DNA from: Felis catus
Lineage: Eukaryota
Length of the DNA stretch: 64,000 nt
Assembly (NCBI RefSeq): GCF_018350175.1
Contig: NC_058368.1
Coordinates: forward strand, 65,474,001 to 65,538,000
Direction of reading: 5' to 3'
The notes under the pieces were generated by a model. It saw only the letters and a program-made list of their open reading frames with translations. It did no database searches and was not told where the DNA came from. The position numbers were made by a program, and so were the translations under genes. Shown in pieces: positions 1 through 12,510 of the stretch (the stretch's first letter is position 1; each line of letters begins with the position of its first letter).

Positions 1-492
1 TTGCTTAATTGACTTCCTTAGTTATATTTTTTAATCAGCCTTATATCCTTCTGGGCATATTTGTGACCACTGCAATGATTAATCATTTTCAGGAAAAATT
101 TCAAGAGGCACTGAAATCTTTTGTCAGATAGTTTTTCTGATGGAGGTATTAAAATTCCTCTACCCTATGAAACTTTTAAAAATACGATAACAGAACTGGG
201 ATCGGAATTTATTAGATTGTTGAGATTCAATAATTGTGATTATTAATTCATTCATCTTATTGAAACAATATTTCTGATAGTCTTGGTTTCTTAACTGCTG
301 TCACATAGAAGATATAAGGCCTATTCTGGTTAATCACCTCATTTATCAAATACTTAAAAAGGAGAACAGCAAAACAAATACTAAGTACTGGAAGTTCTTT
401 AATGAAATATCAAAATTAATAAATACTGAGAGAAGTCAGTTCTTCTATTTGAATTTCATTGTGAACTTTTTTTGAAATAAAGAAGCAAAGGT

Positions 493-681
493 GGGGCTCC
501 TGGGTGGCTCAGTTGGTTAAGTGTCTGACTATCGATTTTGGCTCAGGTCATGATCTCACAGTTCATGAGTTTCAGCTGCACTGACAGCATGAAACCTGAC
601 TGGGAGTCTTTCTCTCTCTGCCCCTCCCTCGCTTCTGCTCTCTCCCTCTCTCCCCCCCCCAAATAAATAAATGCTTAAAAA
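493..681 (+). mobile_element. Can-SINE (SINEC), internally deleted
   Basis: GGGGCTCCTGGGTGGCTCAGTTGGTTAAG head, CT-rich body, AATAAATAAA/A-rich tail. Confidence 0.9.
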
Positions 682-964
682 ATGTGCTAAAAAAGAAAGC
701 TGCTTGAAGGTGCATATCATTCTTTACTATGTCTTAACCCATTCCCTCCTTTGACTTGTTCCCAACTTGGGCTCTGTCTGTACTAATTCAGTGCCCCTTT
801 TCTTCATAAATCCAGTATGTGTCTCTGTCTCCTGGCACATGCCATTTCATTGGGGAGCTAAGGTATCGAGCTGAGACACCATCAGGATGAACACAAGATG
901 TGGGGATCAAAAATGAATCAGATCCAGCCCTATTCTGGCAACTGTTCTGGGGAAACTGCAATAC

Positions 965-1080
965 CAGAGTTTGCCACTAGCTTGCTGTGGCACTAGACAA
1001 ATTATTTCACAACTGGGACCATTGGTTCCCTCATCTTCATAATGAAGGGTTTGGACCAATACTTTCTGATGTTCTTTCTA
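965..1080 (+). mobile_element. MIR-family SINE fragment
   Basis: Degenerate MIR core (gccactagcttgctgtg...ttccctcatcttcataatgaaggg). Confidence 0.55.
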
Positions 1081-1309
1081 AACAAACAATCTCAATTTCT
1101 ACTGCAATCCTTTTCTTTTTATCATCTTGTCCATGAACACTGGGGTGGGTTCCCTTGAATGGAACTGAGATGGCCCATTTTGTTCTAGCCTTGAATCTTA
1201 CCACTGAAAGAATCCTTAATCTTGACAGAATCCTTTTGCTTTATAGGTGAGTAAGCTGATGACTGGCAGAGTTAAAGGAGATAGATACCAGGGTCAAAAA
1301 ATAGAAACA

Positions 1310-1632
1310 TGTTCTATAAATTCTCTACTGCTATGAAACAAACTATCCCCAAACTTTGTGCCTTTTGAAACATCACAAATGTATTGCTTCCTGCAATACT
1401 TTTGGGCTGGTTTTCTTAAGAGCAGTCTCAGAATGGCATTCTAAGAAGGTGATGACAGAAGTTGTTAAGTCTTCTTGAAGCTTAGGTTCTGGAGTTTGCA
1501 TGGTGTCACCTCCTACATTCTACTGGTCAAAGTATGTCCAAGGACAGCCCAGATTCAAGGGTTGGGGAAATAGGATCCATCTCTTGATGGGTGGAGTGGT
1601 AAAGAGTCTGCGGCCATATTTAATCTACCACA
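1310..1632 (-). mobile_element. MaLR MLT1-type solo LTR fragment
   Basis: cattctactggtcaaag...cagcccagattcaaggg...ccatctcttgatggg...aatctaccaca, i.e. reverse complement of an MLT1 terminus (TGTGGTAGATT). Confidence 0.75.
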
Positions 1633-2129
1633 CATAGACTATTATTCCTTCCTCCAAAAGCTATGCCACGTTACAGCACTTGGTTACAGCACTTTTTGGG
1701 CCAAGTCATTGTGCAGCCTTAAAATCCTTTTTAATACAGTGCTCCAGGCAGCCACCACAAATCAATCAGAACTGCCACAAGAAATGAAATCTATCTGCCA
1801 TCTGGACTGCAGTGAGTTGTGTTGACAGAGCCCAAATGGAAAATTCAGAATTCCTGGCTCTTGGTCTAGGTTCCTTTCTTTCCCCAATCACTGTTTCTCT
1901 TCCCTTCTGGTACATTCTTTAATGTTTGTCAAGTTATGTTAGAAAAGTCACTTATTTTTACCACTAAACTTTCTCAAAATGTACATACTTGAGATTTGGA
2001 ACAATATCATATATTATGTGTTTTCTTGGTAGATTATGACATAAACTGTAAGTTTAAGTGCCATCAATTTGGATACCCCTGTAACCAATGATAAAAGTTG
2101 GATCAATCCACATGATCACATTTGGATCA

Positions 2130-2790
2130 ATTATGTAGCAATGGAATATTATGTGGGTCTTGAAAGGATGCATTGAGAAGGGTATAGCATTTCCCATGTA
2201 GCATTCTCGTGGAATCTAATGATTAAGAGACAGACAAATACAGAACATGAGCTATTTCACAAAAGAACTAGCCTGAAATCTTAAAAAGATGTGAGTTTCA
2301 TGAAAGACACACACACATGTATACATATACATATATGACTAAAAAGCATTGCTTTGTAACAAAATGCAGCTCATGATTCTATATTGGATTTTGGACTTTA
2401 AAAGTTATAAAGTAACTTACTGGGAAAATTAGGGAGTATTATTGTATTAATGTTAAATATTTTATATGTGATAAATACCTTGGCAGTTATGGAGGAGAAT
2501 ATCTTTATTCCTAGAGAAAAATGAGATGTATTTAGAAGGAAAGAATCAAGATATGTGCAACTTATTTTCAAATGGATCAGAAAAAAATGAATATAATATA
2601 TATAAATGTATGCACACATTGTATGTTTGTATATACGAATACATGTATATTTTCATTTAAGACTAGAAAGAAAAAGAGCAAATATGGTAAAAAATTAATT
2701 AGCAAATCTAAGTGATAGATCTATACATCTTCATTATACTTTTTAATTTTTTGGAAGGTTTGAAAAATTTCGAATTAAAAAGTTGGGAAA
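2130..2790 (+). mobile_element. Old L1M (L1MC/ME-like) 3' end
   Basis: ttgtattaatgttaaat...gttatggaggagaatatc...gcaacttattttcaaatggatcagaaaaaa...attaaaagttgggaaaaaa resembles an old L1 3'UTR. Confidence 0.7.
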
Positions 2791-3124
2791 AAAGTTAACC
2801 AACTATATTTTGTGGTTGAGACTATGTCTGGACTTTGAGCTATTATGATAAAGTATCCAATGCCAACTATGTGATTAATTTCTAAGGAATTCAATTTCAG
2901 AAGGCTGCATTTCTAGAAAGGCATATTTTCTTTACTTATAGAAATACACAAGGAGAAAAATCTCAAGTACAGGCATTTGTTTGAATATGGTAATTGATAG
3001 AAAAGTTGACCAAGTAGAAAACTATAATATGTCATAATAAAAGATGTTGAGATTTGCCTACATGTTATGTGGGCATTATGGTTCACAGAGTTACATATTA
3101 TGCCAGAAGCCCTGATGACAAGAA

Positions 3125-3260
3125 TTTCATCTCTTTCTGCTCAGATTCTGTGGATGACTTTGAGCAAGTCACTTTAACTTGTGTGGAACTCAGTCCTCCT
3201 GGAAAATGCAGAAGCTAATTCTGGTTTACATCGTAGAGCTTGTCAAAGGATTAACCATCT
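3125..3260 (+). mobile_element. MIR fragment
   Basis: gactttgagcaagtcactttaacttgtgtggaactcagtcctcc MIR-core-like. Confidence 0.5.
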
Positions 3261-6200
3261 AACTGCAGGGTTTGGTATACAGGTTTTCCCATCTAAATTC
3301 TCAGCCTCGGAAACACAAAGAGGATTGTCATGCTGAGGAGGGAGCTAAGGTAATGTTTATTGATTCTGCACTTGTTTAGAGATTGTTCTTATGGGATCCT
3401 GTACCAGGTTTTATCCTTTATAAATTATAATACTAAGAAAAATCTATTTGTATTTTGACACATCTGTTTTCCTGCACAACTCTTAATTTCCTTCTGAAAC
3501 AAGATTGGATTTGGAGGAGGAGATTGAGGTAGAAAAATTACCCTTGACTTTGTCATCTGTGAAAGGATTGTGTCGACTCTGTGTTCTAGGAGCGTAGGTG
3601 CTTGAGAGCATGTGAACTAATTAGCCTCTCTAACCTTTGTTTCTTAACTTATACAAATACAGCTCTTTTGAGGGAAAGCTGGGTCTTCTGTAGACTCAGT
3701 GTAGAAAAGGCGAGCCATTATCTGGGTGTAACAGGATTGAGAAGCAATTGGCTGGGTGAAGGCATCCTGAGAAGAGTCCTGTATATGCATTCATTATGTG
3801 TACAGACAGATGCAGGAGTGATTCTCAGGTGCTGACAGTAGGGAGATATAATTGGAGGAAGCTGAGCAACTGGTTGGATAGGAGCTGCTAAAGGATTGCA
3901 GAACTGACTGGTGTTAACCCGTGGTAGGCAGCAGGGAGACACGGGAGGTTCCTGAACAGGGGATTGACAGTGGGGTGATTACATTGGAAACTAAGTAATA
4001 CATGGTAGCATTATGTAGGAAAAGACCAGCAAAGAACTTTCCCTTGGGAGTTCTGGATGGAGATGCATGTTCAGCTCTGAAATAGAGGCTCTAGCCAAGT
4101 ACCATTAGGAGAGTGTGAGAGGAGTCCGTTTCTGTGGAAGTCGGAAGTAATGAGGGCTGTGATTGATTAGTGATGTCTGCCATGGGCAAGGGTGGAACTG
4201 TAGAAGCACATGTGTCCTGTATTTGTCATCCCTTAGCTAGAGAGAAGTAAACCCCAAATTCCAACCTATGTGATGAGAAAAAGAACTGCAAACTGGGTTA
4301 GAAGAAAGTTGATGATCTAGTTTTAGTTACACTTCAATTTGAGGACAGCACATTAAGTACATCGGCGGGAGGGGGGTCACTGTTGCTACTTCTTGACATT
4401 AGCTTTGCTAGACTTACTAGAGAGAGAGAGGTGATCAGAGTAGAAAGAGTATAGGAGCTAGAACTCTTTTTGGAGGTCAAATGAATAAACACTATGCGTT
4501 ATTAAGCTGCCCCTTTAAACACACATGCATTTTCTTATGCTGGATTGCTCGGTTCTATGCACCCTAGTGAATTCAGGTGGCATATGGGTTTATAGTCACC
4601 TTGCGGGGCTGTCAGCCGGCTGGCAGCTGCACGTCTCCACTCATTAGTGATTAAGATGGGCAAAGAACACGGTGGTTTTATTCAGCCTAAAGTAATCTTT
4701 TAGGAACTATAGACAACAGTCATTGAAACTTGATAGTTACAACAAGGAGGAAACTGAATTTCAAGACAACACCGTTGGAAGCTGTGTCTGGAATCGAGTT
4801 GTGGTTCTGTCTTTAGCTTGCAGGATCACATTTCGTCCCCCTGGGGTTGGAGTTCCATAGATGAAACAAGGAAGATGTTGTCTGATTTTGGGAGGGCGAG
4901 TGTGTGTTGCATCTCTTCTGTCCTGCATCCAGACCAAACAGGGCCCTGCTCACCTCTGCTCCTGGATGAGGAGTCACGGTCATTTTGTACTCGGCACCAA
5001 CTGACACGTGACTGGATGCCTTTTGTCGTCCATGGGATGGTGAATCAGAGCTACAGTGAACATTTGTTGATCTTTTACTTTGTGTCGGGTTCTGTGGTAA
5101 GCACTTTGCATGTAATACCTTAGGAGTTATATAAAAGTAAGCGTTTTCAATTAAGAGGGTGAGGGAGTTGAGCAGGTAGAATTTCAGGCTCCAACTATGG
5201 GGTAGAGTACTGAAATTAGTTGGAAAGATTTGAGAAATGGCCAGAAGTATAACGTGAAGTAAAAATAAGACTCACTTTTCTATTTCCTTGAGCTAATGCC
5301 TGGCTTGGTAAAACATTACCAATTTGTGTGACAGAATCAATGACTTGGTGAAGGAGCAAATTGTGTGGTAAGGATTGCCCTTGGCTCATGGAGCCAACCT
5401 CTGTTTCCCTTTTTTTTTTTTGTTGTTTTTTTAATTGTTGGATTGAACATCTGCTAAACAGTTAATAGCTTTATTCTATAGTGTTTCAGTTGATTCTCTC
5501 CACTACAGGCTTTTGATTCCTAAAATAAGGCTCAATTGATGATTTATATGTTGTGTTCTTCTAATACACAACCATCAACTACAGACTACATACTTTTTTC
5601 CGACGGCTATACACAAAGAGCTTTTGGAAAGCCTTTCCGTCAGTACTCATTTATCATTACTAGAAAATAAAGTCTACATTCATTATCATTCTTCTTTGAG
5701 CTAAGGTTTGGGTGTACAGTAAGTGAAGGACCAGCCGCCGAGAGTGTTATAAGGTAATGGCGTGATCACAGGTCCTAATAGGAACATCATGCCTGCATTA
5801 GGACTGCCTTGCCTTAAAGGATATGGGCCAATTATTTAAATAAATTATACATAGTTTCACCTGTTAATACTTTGAAGAGGACGTCAGGTGAAGACAGTAT
5901 TAGTGAATTCTGACAGTCGAGATACCAATTTATTATGACAAGTCAATTTTCCTTTTAGTTTCTAGGACTACTGTATTACAAATGGACCTACACAGTGTAT
6001 TAAGTTAATGGATTTTTATTTTTCATCTGAAAGAAGAAAAAAGGCTTGTGGAGTCCTACCCTAGAACTCCAGGACATTCATTGAATTTCTGGCTCATAAT
6101 ATAGCTTCTGAAAAGCAATTATAACTTTCATCTTAAACTTCTTTCGATGACAAATCTCTCTGGAGTGACTGTCACTGGATTCTTCCTTCAGAGAGCATCT

Positions 6201-7432
6201 CTTTTCTCAGGGGAAATGATACTCAGCAGCATCCAAAATAGTTCTAGGCAAAATTAAGCTATGGAAATTTTACCCGACCCAAATTTGCAGTGATTGCATC
6301 CATATATGTCAATGACATCCTCTGCCATGGAGACTTCACCATCTTCTAGTGGTTCTGTATCACACATGCACATTTTGCCACCTTCTGCCCCGCAGCCCTC
6401 CATACCAGGTACGGAGCTCTTACGAGGTCCTCCCCACTGCCTGGCGAAGCCCAAAGCTGGCTACCCTTTGATTACTTGAAATGTCCCTGAGAGATTAATC
6501 TGGCTGCTAATATGGTGCTATCTTGTTTGGGGTCTTCATCAAAAGACACATAACCTGCTGGGCGTAAGGAGGTGCCCGGTGTCTGTTCATGACCAGCTTG
6601 CCTCATCACTGCCCACACTGTCAAGACAATGTCCCACACAGTTTGGATGCGGGGATTACTATGACAGTGTCTGTCCACATCCATTTATTCCCGGCACCCA
6701 AGGCAGACTTTTCGGCTGCGCTGCATGTCAGTTTGATTATCTTAGTGGCTGGAGACATGGAGCGGAGAGTGAAAATTTTCAAATGCTGATTGAGAAGGAC
6801 CCACTTAGTGCAGTCAGACAGAAGTGGGCAGGGAAGAAGTTCCCAGGCAGTGGAAGCACAGCACATTCTGTGATTGTTACTATTATTCTTGTTGTTCTCT
6901 AATCAGTGTCGTTCCCAAGGTACATCTCTAGAAATTCCTTCTTTAATAGAGTTCTACAGAAGAAAAAAAAAGTCGGGACAGCTCTATCTGGCTTCTGTAG
7001 TAAAGATTTGTCGACAAAGCTTTTCTACGCACCTGTGTAACTGAAAAGTCATTGCCTTCTTTTCTTTATTATTCGGACTTGAAGACTGAAAAAACCTTCA
7101 CACACCACTTTAGTATCTGATACACTTGTTATGTGGAGAAGAGAGATATAAATGATAAAAGGCTAGAACTCTTCTTTTAGAAAAGGAATAGGTACTAGGA
7201 TCAGCATCGTTGTATGTATGATGCTCAAGTCATGCCAGTCAGCTGCATTTTCAGTGCCCAGTTGGAAGCCGTAGGGCTACCATCTTTCCAAAAACAGTCG
7301 TAATTTTTAGTTCTGCCTATAACGATCAGAGGTGCCATTTAGGAAATGTTTTCATAAAACATGCCAGATCGTTAATTGATTTATTTCTGGCTCATAAAGT
7401 AGAAACAAATTTACCCCAAAGACATGTGTTTT

Positions 7433-7665
7433 CTATTTTTTTTATTTTTGGTTTTTAAATTTTTTTAACATTTATTCATTTTTGAGAGACAGACAGAGCA
7501 TGAGTGGGGGAGGGGCAAAGAGAGAGGGAGACACAGAATCCGAAGCCGGCTCCAGGCTCTAACCTGTCAGCACAGAGCCGGACACAGTGCTCGAACCCAC
7601 GAACTGTGAGATTGTGACTTGAGCCGAAGTCGGATGCTTAACCCACTGAGCCACCCAGGCACCCC
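7433..7665 (-). mobile_element. Can-SINE (SINEC_Fc-like) with TSD
   Basis: Full reverse SINE ending ccacccaggcacccc; TSD aagacatgtgtttt at 7419-7432 and 7666-7679. Confidence 0.95.
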
Positions 7666-7700
7666 AAGACATGTGTTTTTTAGAGAAACAATCAATATGG

Positions 7701-7960
7701 TTTATTTTTTTGTTTTTTTTTTTTAATTTTAATATGTATTTATGTTTTGTGAGAGAGAGAGAGAGAGAGACAGAGAGAGACAGAGACAGAGAGCATGAGC
7801 AGGGAAGGAGCAGAGAGGGAGGGAGGCACAGAATCCGAAGCGGGCTCCAGGTTCTGAGCTGTCCGTACAGAGCCCAATGCAGGACTTGAACCCACTGACT
7901 GTGGGTTCATGACCTGGGCAGAAGTCGGATGCGTAACTGACTAAACCACCCAGGCACCCC
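7701..7960 (-). mobile_element. Can-SINE (SINEC_Fc-like)
   Basis: Poly-T, (GA)n, cacagaatccgaagcgggctccagg...ccacccaggcacccc. Confidence 0.95.
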
Positions 7961-7963
7961 TCC

Positions 7964-8159
7964 TTTTTTTTTTCTTAAGTTTATTTATTATGAGAGAGAG
8001 AGAGAGAGGGGGAATGAGGGAGGGGAAGAGAGAGGGGGAGAGACTCTGTGATGTCAGCGTGGAGTCCAGTGCAAAGCTCAAACCCATCAACCATGAGATC
8101 ATGACCTGAGCCAGAATCAAGAGTCGAATGCTTAACTGACTGAGCCACCCAGGCGCCCC
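7964..8159 (-). mobile_element. Can-SINE
   Basis: Poly-T, (GA)n, gagatcatgacctgagcc...gagccacccaggcgcccc. Confidence 0.93.
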
Positions 8160-10454
8160 AACACATGTGTTTTTAAAACAAAATCAAGGATCATAGGTAA
8201 AATAAAGCAAACCCAGCAGGGAGGGTTGGCTAGTGCAGTCACAACACCTAGGTAGGTCCTATCATTTTCATTATTTTTTACTGTGTGTGAATCTGAGTGC
8301 TGCTTTCACCTTCTCTCATAAATTAATGGTCCTTTAATAAATTATATGTGGAAACCTGCCTTGATCCAACACGAATTTAGCCAGTTCCTTTATTTCCATC
8401 TTCATACAAGCATGGGATTTACTTGTGTGGGGATTGGTGGTAGATGTTATGTTGTCCATAAGAGACCGATGAAAGAAAATATGATTATCAGTGATAAAAT
8501 GAGTCCATGTTTTATTGGTCTGAGTTTTTTAAGGGAAAAATTATTTACACAGGAAAATGTTAGGTGATGGATGTGTCTAGTGAGTGCTATGAAGAAAAAC
8601 ATATGAATTTTCTCTCTATACTTAAGGTGATCCTAACATGTTAAACCTCAAATGCTTATTGCACATTAGAAAGAAATACATGGCGAGTATCTTATAGCAG
8701 CGATTGTTGATGGACTTAATAATCAATATCTCTGCAACTGAGCCTGTTTTAATTTGGTTTCAGTAAATGGCTATTGTGTAACCATCTGGGGGCACCAACT
8801 ACATTAGCACTTACTAAGTACTGACCAAGCACTGTATGTACCTGAGATAGGAATCAGTAGCAAAACCAGGTTAATGATCCTATTATGTTATTTTATAGCA
8901 GATCTACTGGATATATAATTTAGGCCATCATGGAAGTTACCGGACATTTATTTAACTTTCATCTTTTAGTTCTTTTACAAAACAGTGCTTTTTACCTGGA
9001 GAGAGAAGTGTAAAATTGGGAAATTAATGGTTTTATGCTCTTATTCAGTACTGTAACCATATGACATATTTTGGGGAAATACTATGATTTTAATAGTATT
9101 TATGGATGAGTGCAGGATATTTTTCACCTATTTTCAAGAATGTTGATTACAGATAAATTGATCAGGCTGGTTTTTTGAAAATCTTCTCCTCTGTTCTAAT
9201 TTTTTCCCATAAATTTACTCCTCGATTTTTTTTCAAAATAAACATAGTTTAAAAGTAATAAAAAATGCTATACTTTGAATAATTCTATACATAAACGAGA
9301 GGGGGAAAAATTTCCCTTGTCATATTTTCAGACCTCTTTCTCCAAAATCTTTTATAATAAAAATCAAATCAATTTGGGTTTCAGTCTTTTGGAATTCATT
9401 TCATTTCACCTAACTTTATTGTAACACATACAAAAAAATAATTTGCTGGAAAAAATACTGATGTTGACAATTTCCCATGAAAAAGTATATACCCTCCCCC
9501 CCCCAGCAACCCCTTCCCCTATCTAAATTAAAAGATGATCAAGGGCCACATTATCTTACCTATGCTAATTATAAACCATTCCAGCCTGGAGTGGGGTGGA
9601 CTTGACTAGTAGTAACCTTTGAGTGGTTCCTTGGTCAGGTAACCCCATCAGCCATGTACTTTTGCTCCTTTTTTCTTTGTGTTTTCCATATATAGGTTTT
9701 TCAGAACAATTTCCTCAGCCCTATTCATCCTGCATACCAGCTGTGATTCTTCAATCTCTGTGACTTCTACCGAGTCATTCATACTAAGGCAGAATTATTT
9801 TTGTCACTTTCCTATGCTTTCATAGTGCTTTTGTACCCTGCTCTGTTGCGATTGGTCACTTCTTTATTGCAAATGTTTGGCTTTCTCTCTCTTTCTCCAG
9901 CACTGCAAAATTGCATAATTTCAGCAGTACAATGATCTGTTTCTCAGAACTATGAGGATGGGGACCATTACTTATCTTTATATATCCAGGATTTAGCACA
10001 CTGTGGGCTCTCAGGAAATGCTTCACAAACAAAGAGCGAATCATCTGGGATTGCCAGATGTATTTTTAGGAAGAGACTCCTAATGGGAATGGAGGATGTA
10101 GAGGAGAGACTGCAGACAGGGCATTAAATAGGTAATTACCTTAAGGGGTAATGAAGGGGTTGCCAAAGTGGTGATAATAGGGATGTAAAGGTGGAGATAA
10201 ATGCAGAAATATTTATTTCATAGACATTTTCTTAAAGCTCTTCTTTTTGCCTTGTGATATGATGATTTCTTTAGGCACATGAAACTTAGTCGCACTTTTT
10301 GGCCCATTATAATGAATGCATCTGTATCGAATAGCAAATAGCGATAAGCTCAAAGGAACAAAAAGGTTGACAGTTAAGAAAAACCTACATCAGTCTTTCT
10401 ATTTGTGGGAAATAATCATGGTTAACATTTGGGCTGTTGCCTTTGAGCTCTTTG

Positions 10455-10735
10455 CCTAAGAGCTGGGAGACCGTCTAGTAGATTGTCATCCTAAACTGAA
10501 TTCTACATCCAGATTCTGGCTCTTTCGTCTGCAATGTTACTGTTGGCAAAGTGTGTTCCATTTTCCTCATGTGTATAGTAAGGATACTATAATTGTATCC
10601 TTACAATTAAATGGATAATAATAATGTATCCTTGTATAATTAAATGAATAATTGTATTCATTTCATGGGATTGTTCGGAGGATTATGGAAGCTAATGAAC
10701 GTAAAGGACCAAGTCCAGTTCCTGCCACACAGGCT
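10455..10735 (+). mobile_element. MIR fragment
   Basis: ttttcctcatgtgtatag...catgggattgttcggaggattat...taatgaacgtaaag MIR 3' half. Confidence 0.55.
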
Positions 10736-10923
10736 ATCTGTCAATTTATATACTGTTCATACGTACACCAAATGTATAAAGTTACGAGTATTTTAGACTT
10801 TCTGCCTTCTTCGTAGCATAAATGAGCGTCTTCCCATAACTGTCTACAGCATCTGTTTAATTATTGTATAATATTCATAGGACAAACCCGCATTTACTTA
10901 AAATTTTATCATATTTTACTTTT

Positions 10924-11148
10924 TTTTTTTTAAATTTTTTTTCCTCAACGTTTATTTATTTTTGGGACAGAGAGAGACAGAGCATGAACGGGGGAGGGGC
11001 AGAGAGAGAGGGAGACACAGAATCGGAAACAGGCTCCAGGCTCTGAGCCATCAGCCCAGAGCCTGACGCGGGGCTCGAACTCACAGACCTCGAGATCGTG
11101 ACCTGGCTGAAGTCGGACGCTTAACCGACTGCGCCACCCAGGCGCCCC
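10924..11148 (-). mobile_element. Young Can-SINE (SINEC_Fc-like) with perfect TSD
   Basis: CpG-rich full-length copy; TSD atattttactttt at 10911-10923 and 11149-11161. Confidence 0.97.
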
Positions 11149-11282
11149 ATATTTTACTTTTAAAAATTAAGATATAATTATCATTGCATCGTTGAATCTT
11201 TGTGTGAAGCCAAGACTGTTTCTCTTTGATTAATTTCTGGAAGAGGAGTTACTAGATCAACTAATATGAATATTTAAAAAAA

Positions 11283-11315
11283 ATTTTTTTAATGTTTATT
11301 TTGAGAGAGAGAGAG

Positions 11316-11361
<46 letters not shown>

Positions 11362-11526
11362 AGCTGGCGAGGGGCAGAGAGAGAGAGGGAGACACAGGAT
11401 CTGAAACAGGTTCTGGGCTCTGAGCTGTCAGCACAGAGCCCAACATGGGGCTCGAACTCACGAACCGTGAGATCATGACCTGAGCCAAAGTCGGACGCCC
11501 AACTGACTGAGCCACCCAGGAGCCCC
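11283..11526 (-). mobile_element. Can-SINE with internal (TG)n
   Basis: Full reverse SINE; TSD ctaatatgaatattt at 11261-11275 and 11526-11540. Confidence 0.95.
11318..11359. repeat. (TG)21 microsatellite inside SINE
   Basis: Perfect dinucleotide run. Confidence 0.97.
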
Positions 11527-12329
11527 TAATATGAATATTTTTAATCTTTTGATGCAAATACTAGTTTGCCTTCCAGAATACCACTCTTTTTGACACTGAG
11601 TATTATAGTCTCTTTTTTGTGTGGGCTAACCTAGGAGGTGAGAAAAAAAGATTCTTGTTTAAGTTTACAGGTGTTTGGGTACTAAGATGAACATCATTAA
11701 TAGTCTTTTAGATCTTTAGTATTTTTCTTTTTGTTAACTACTTATCTATATGTATTATTTTCCAATTTTTATATTGGTATGTGTATCTTTTTTGTGATAA
11801 TTTGACAGAAACTTAATTTTTGTTAGATTGATTTGGGAGGGAGCTCAAGAGTCTATAATGACTGCATTAAGTATTTGACAATAGCCAGTTCATCAACATA
11901 AAATTGACAATATTATGCAATTTTGACTTACAGAATAGTTGCTTTATATGGCTTAACCTAATAATTTAACATTGGGTGAAACTGTCAAGCAATTGAATAG
12001 ATTTCCTCAGACTTGTAACTAAATTTTGTCATTTGACTTATGCAGCCTTTTTAAACTATTTTCAGCCATTTTTTTTTTGGCGTGAGAAAATTGGTGTTAT
12101 TGAGCACCTACTTCTAAATGATTGAACATTGTCTCCTTATCGCAATGACAAAAGATTTGAGATACAGTTCCAGAATACAACATATGATCGAATTTAATTT
12201 TTCAGTAACTTGTGAATGACATTGTGCTATTACCGCATTTTGGATTGCAAACATTTCAATTGATGGGATCAATGGAGCTTCATTTTATAAATACTTATAT
12301 TTCCTAGTGTTTTAGAGTTTTCATGGGAC

Positions 12330-12510
12330 TTGAATAACATCATTTCATTTGATTCTGACAGTTACCTGGTGAGGGGCACAGAGCAGCTCCCCTGTTATTA
12401 TAAAAGTGAAGACTGAAGTGTGGAGGGGTTAAGTAATGCCCAAAGATCAGACAGCTAATAAAGCTGCTGGAACTGGCCTTGAACCCATGTCTCCTGGCTT
12501 TGAATCTAGC
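12330..12510 (-). mobile_element. MIR fragment
   Basis: gactgaagtgtggaggggttaagtaatgcccaaagatcagacagctaataa...ttgaacccatgtctcctggc. Confidence 0.7.

Noticed and set aside
1670..1694. 13-bp-period micro-duplication of gttacagcactt
   Set aside because: Ordinary slippage-scale duplication with no evident significance
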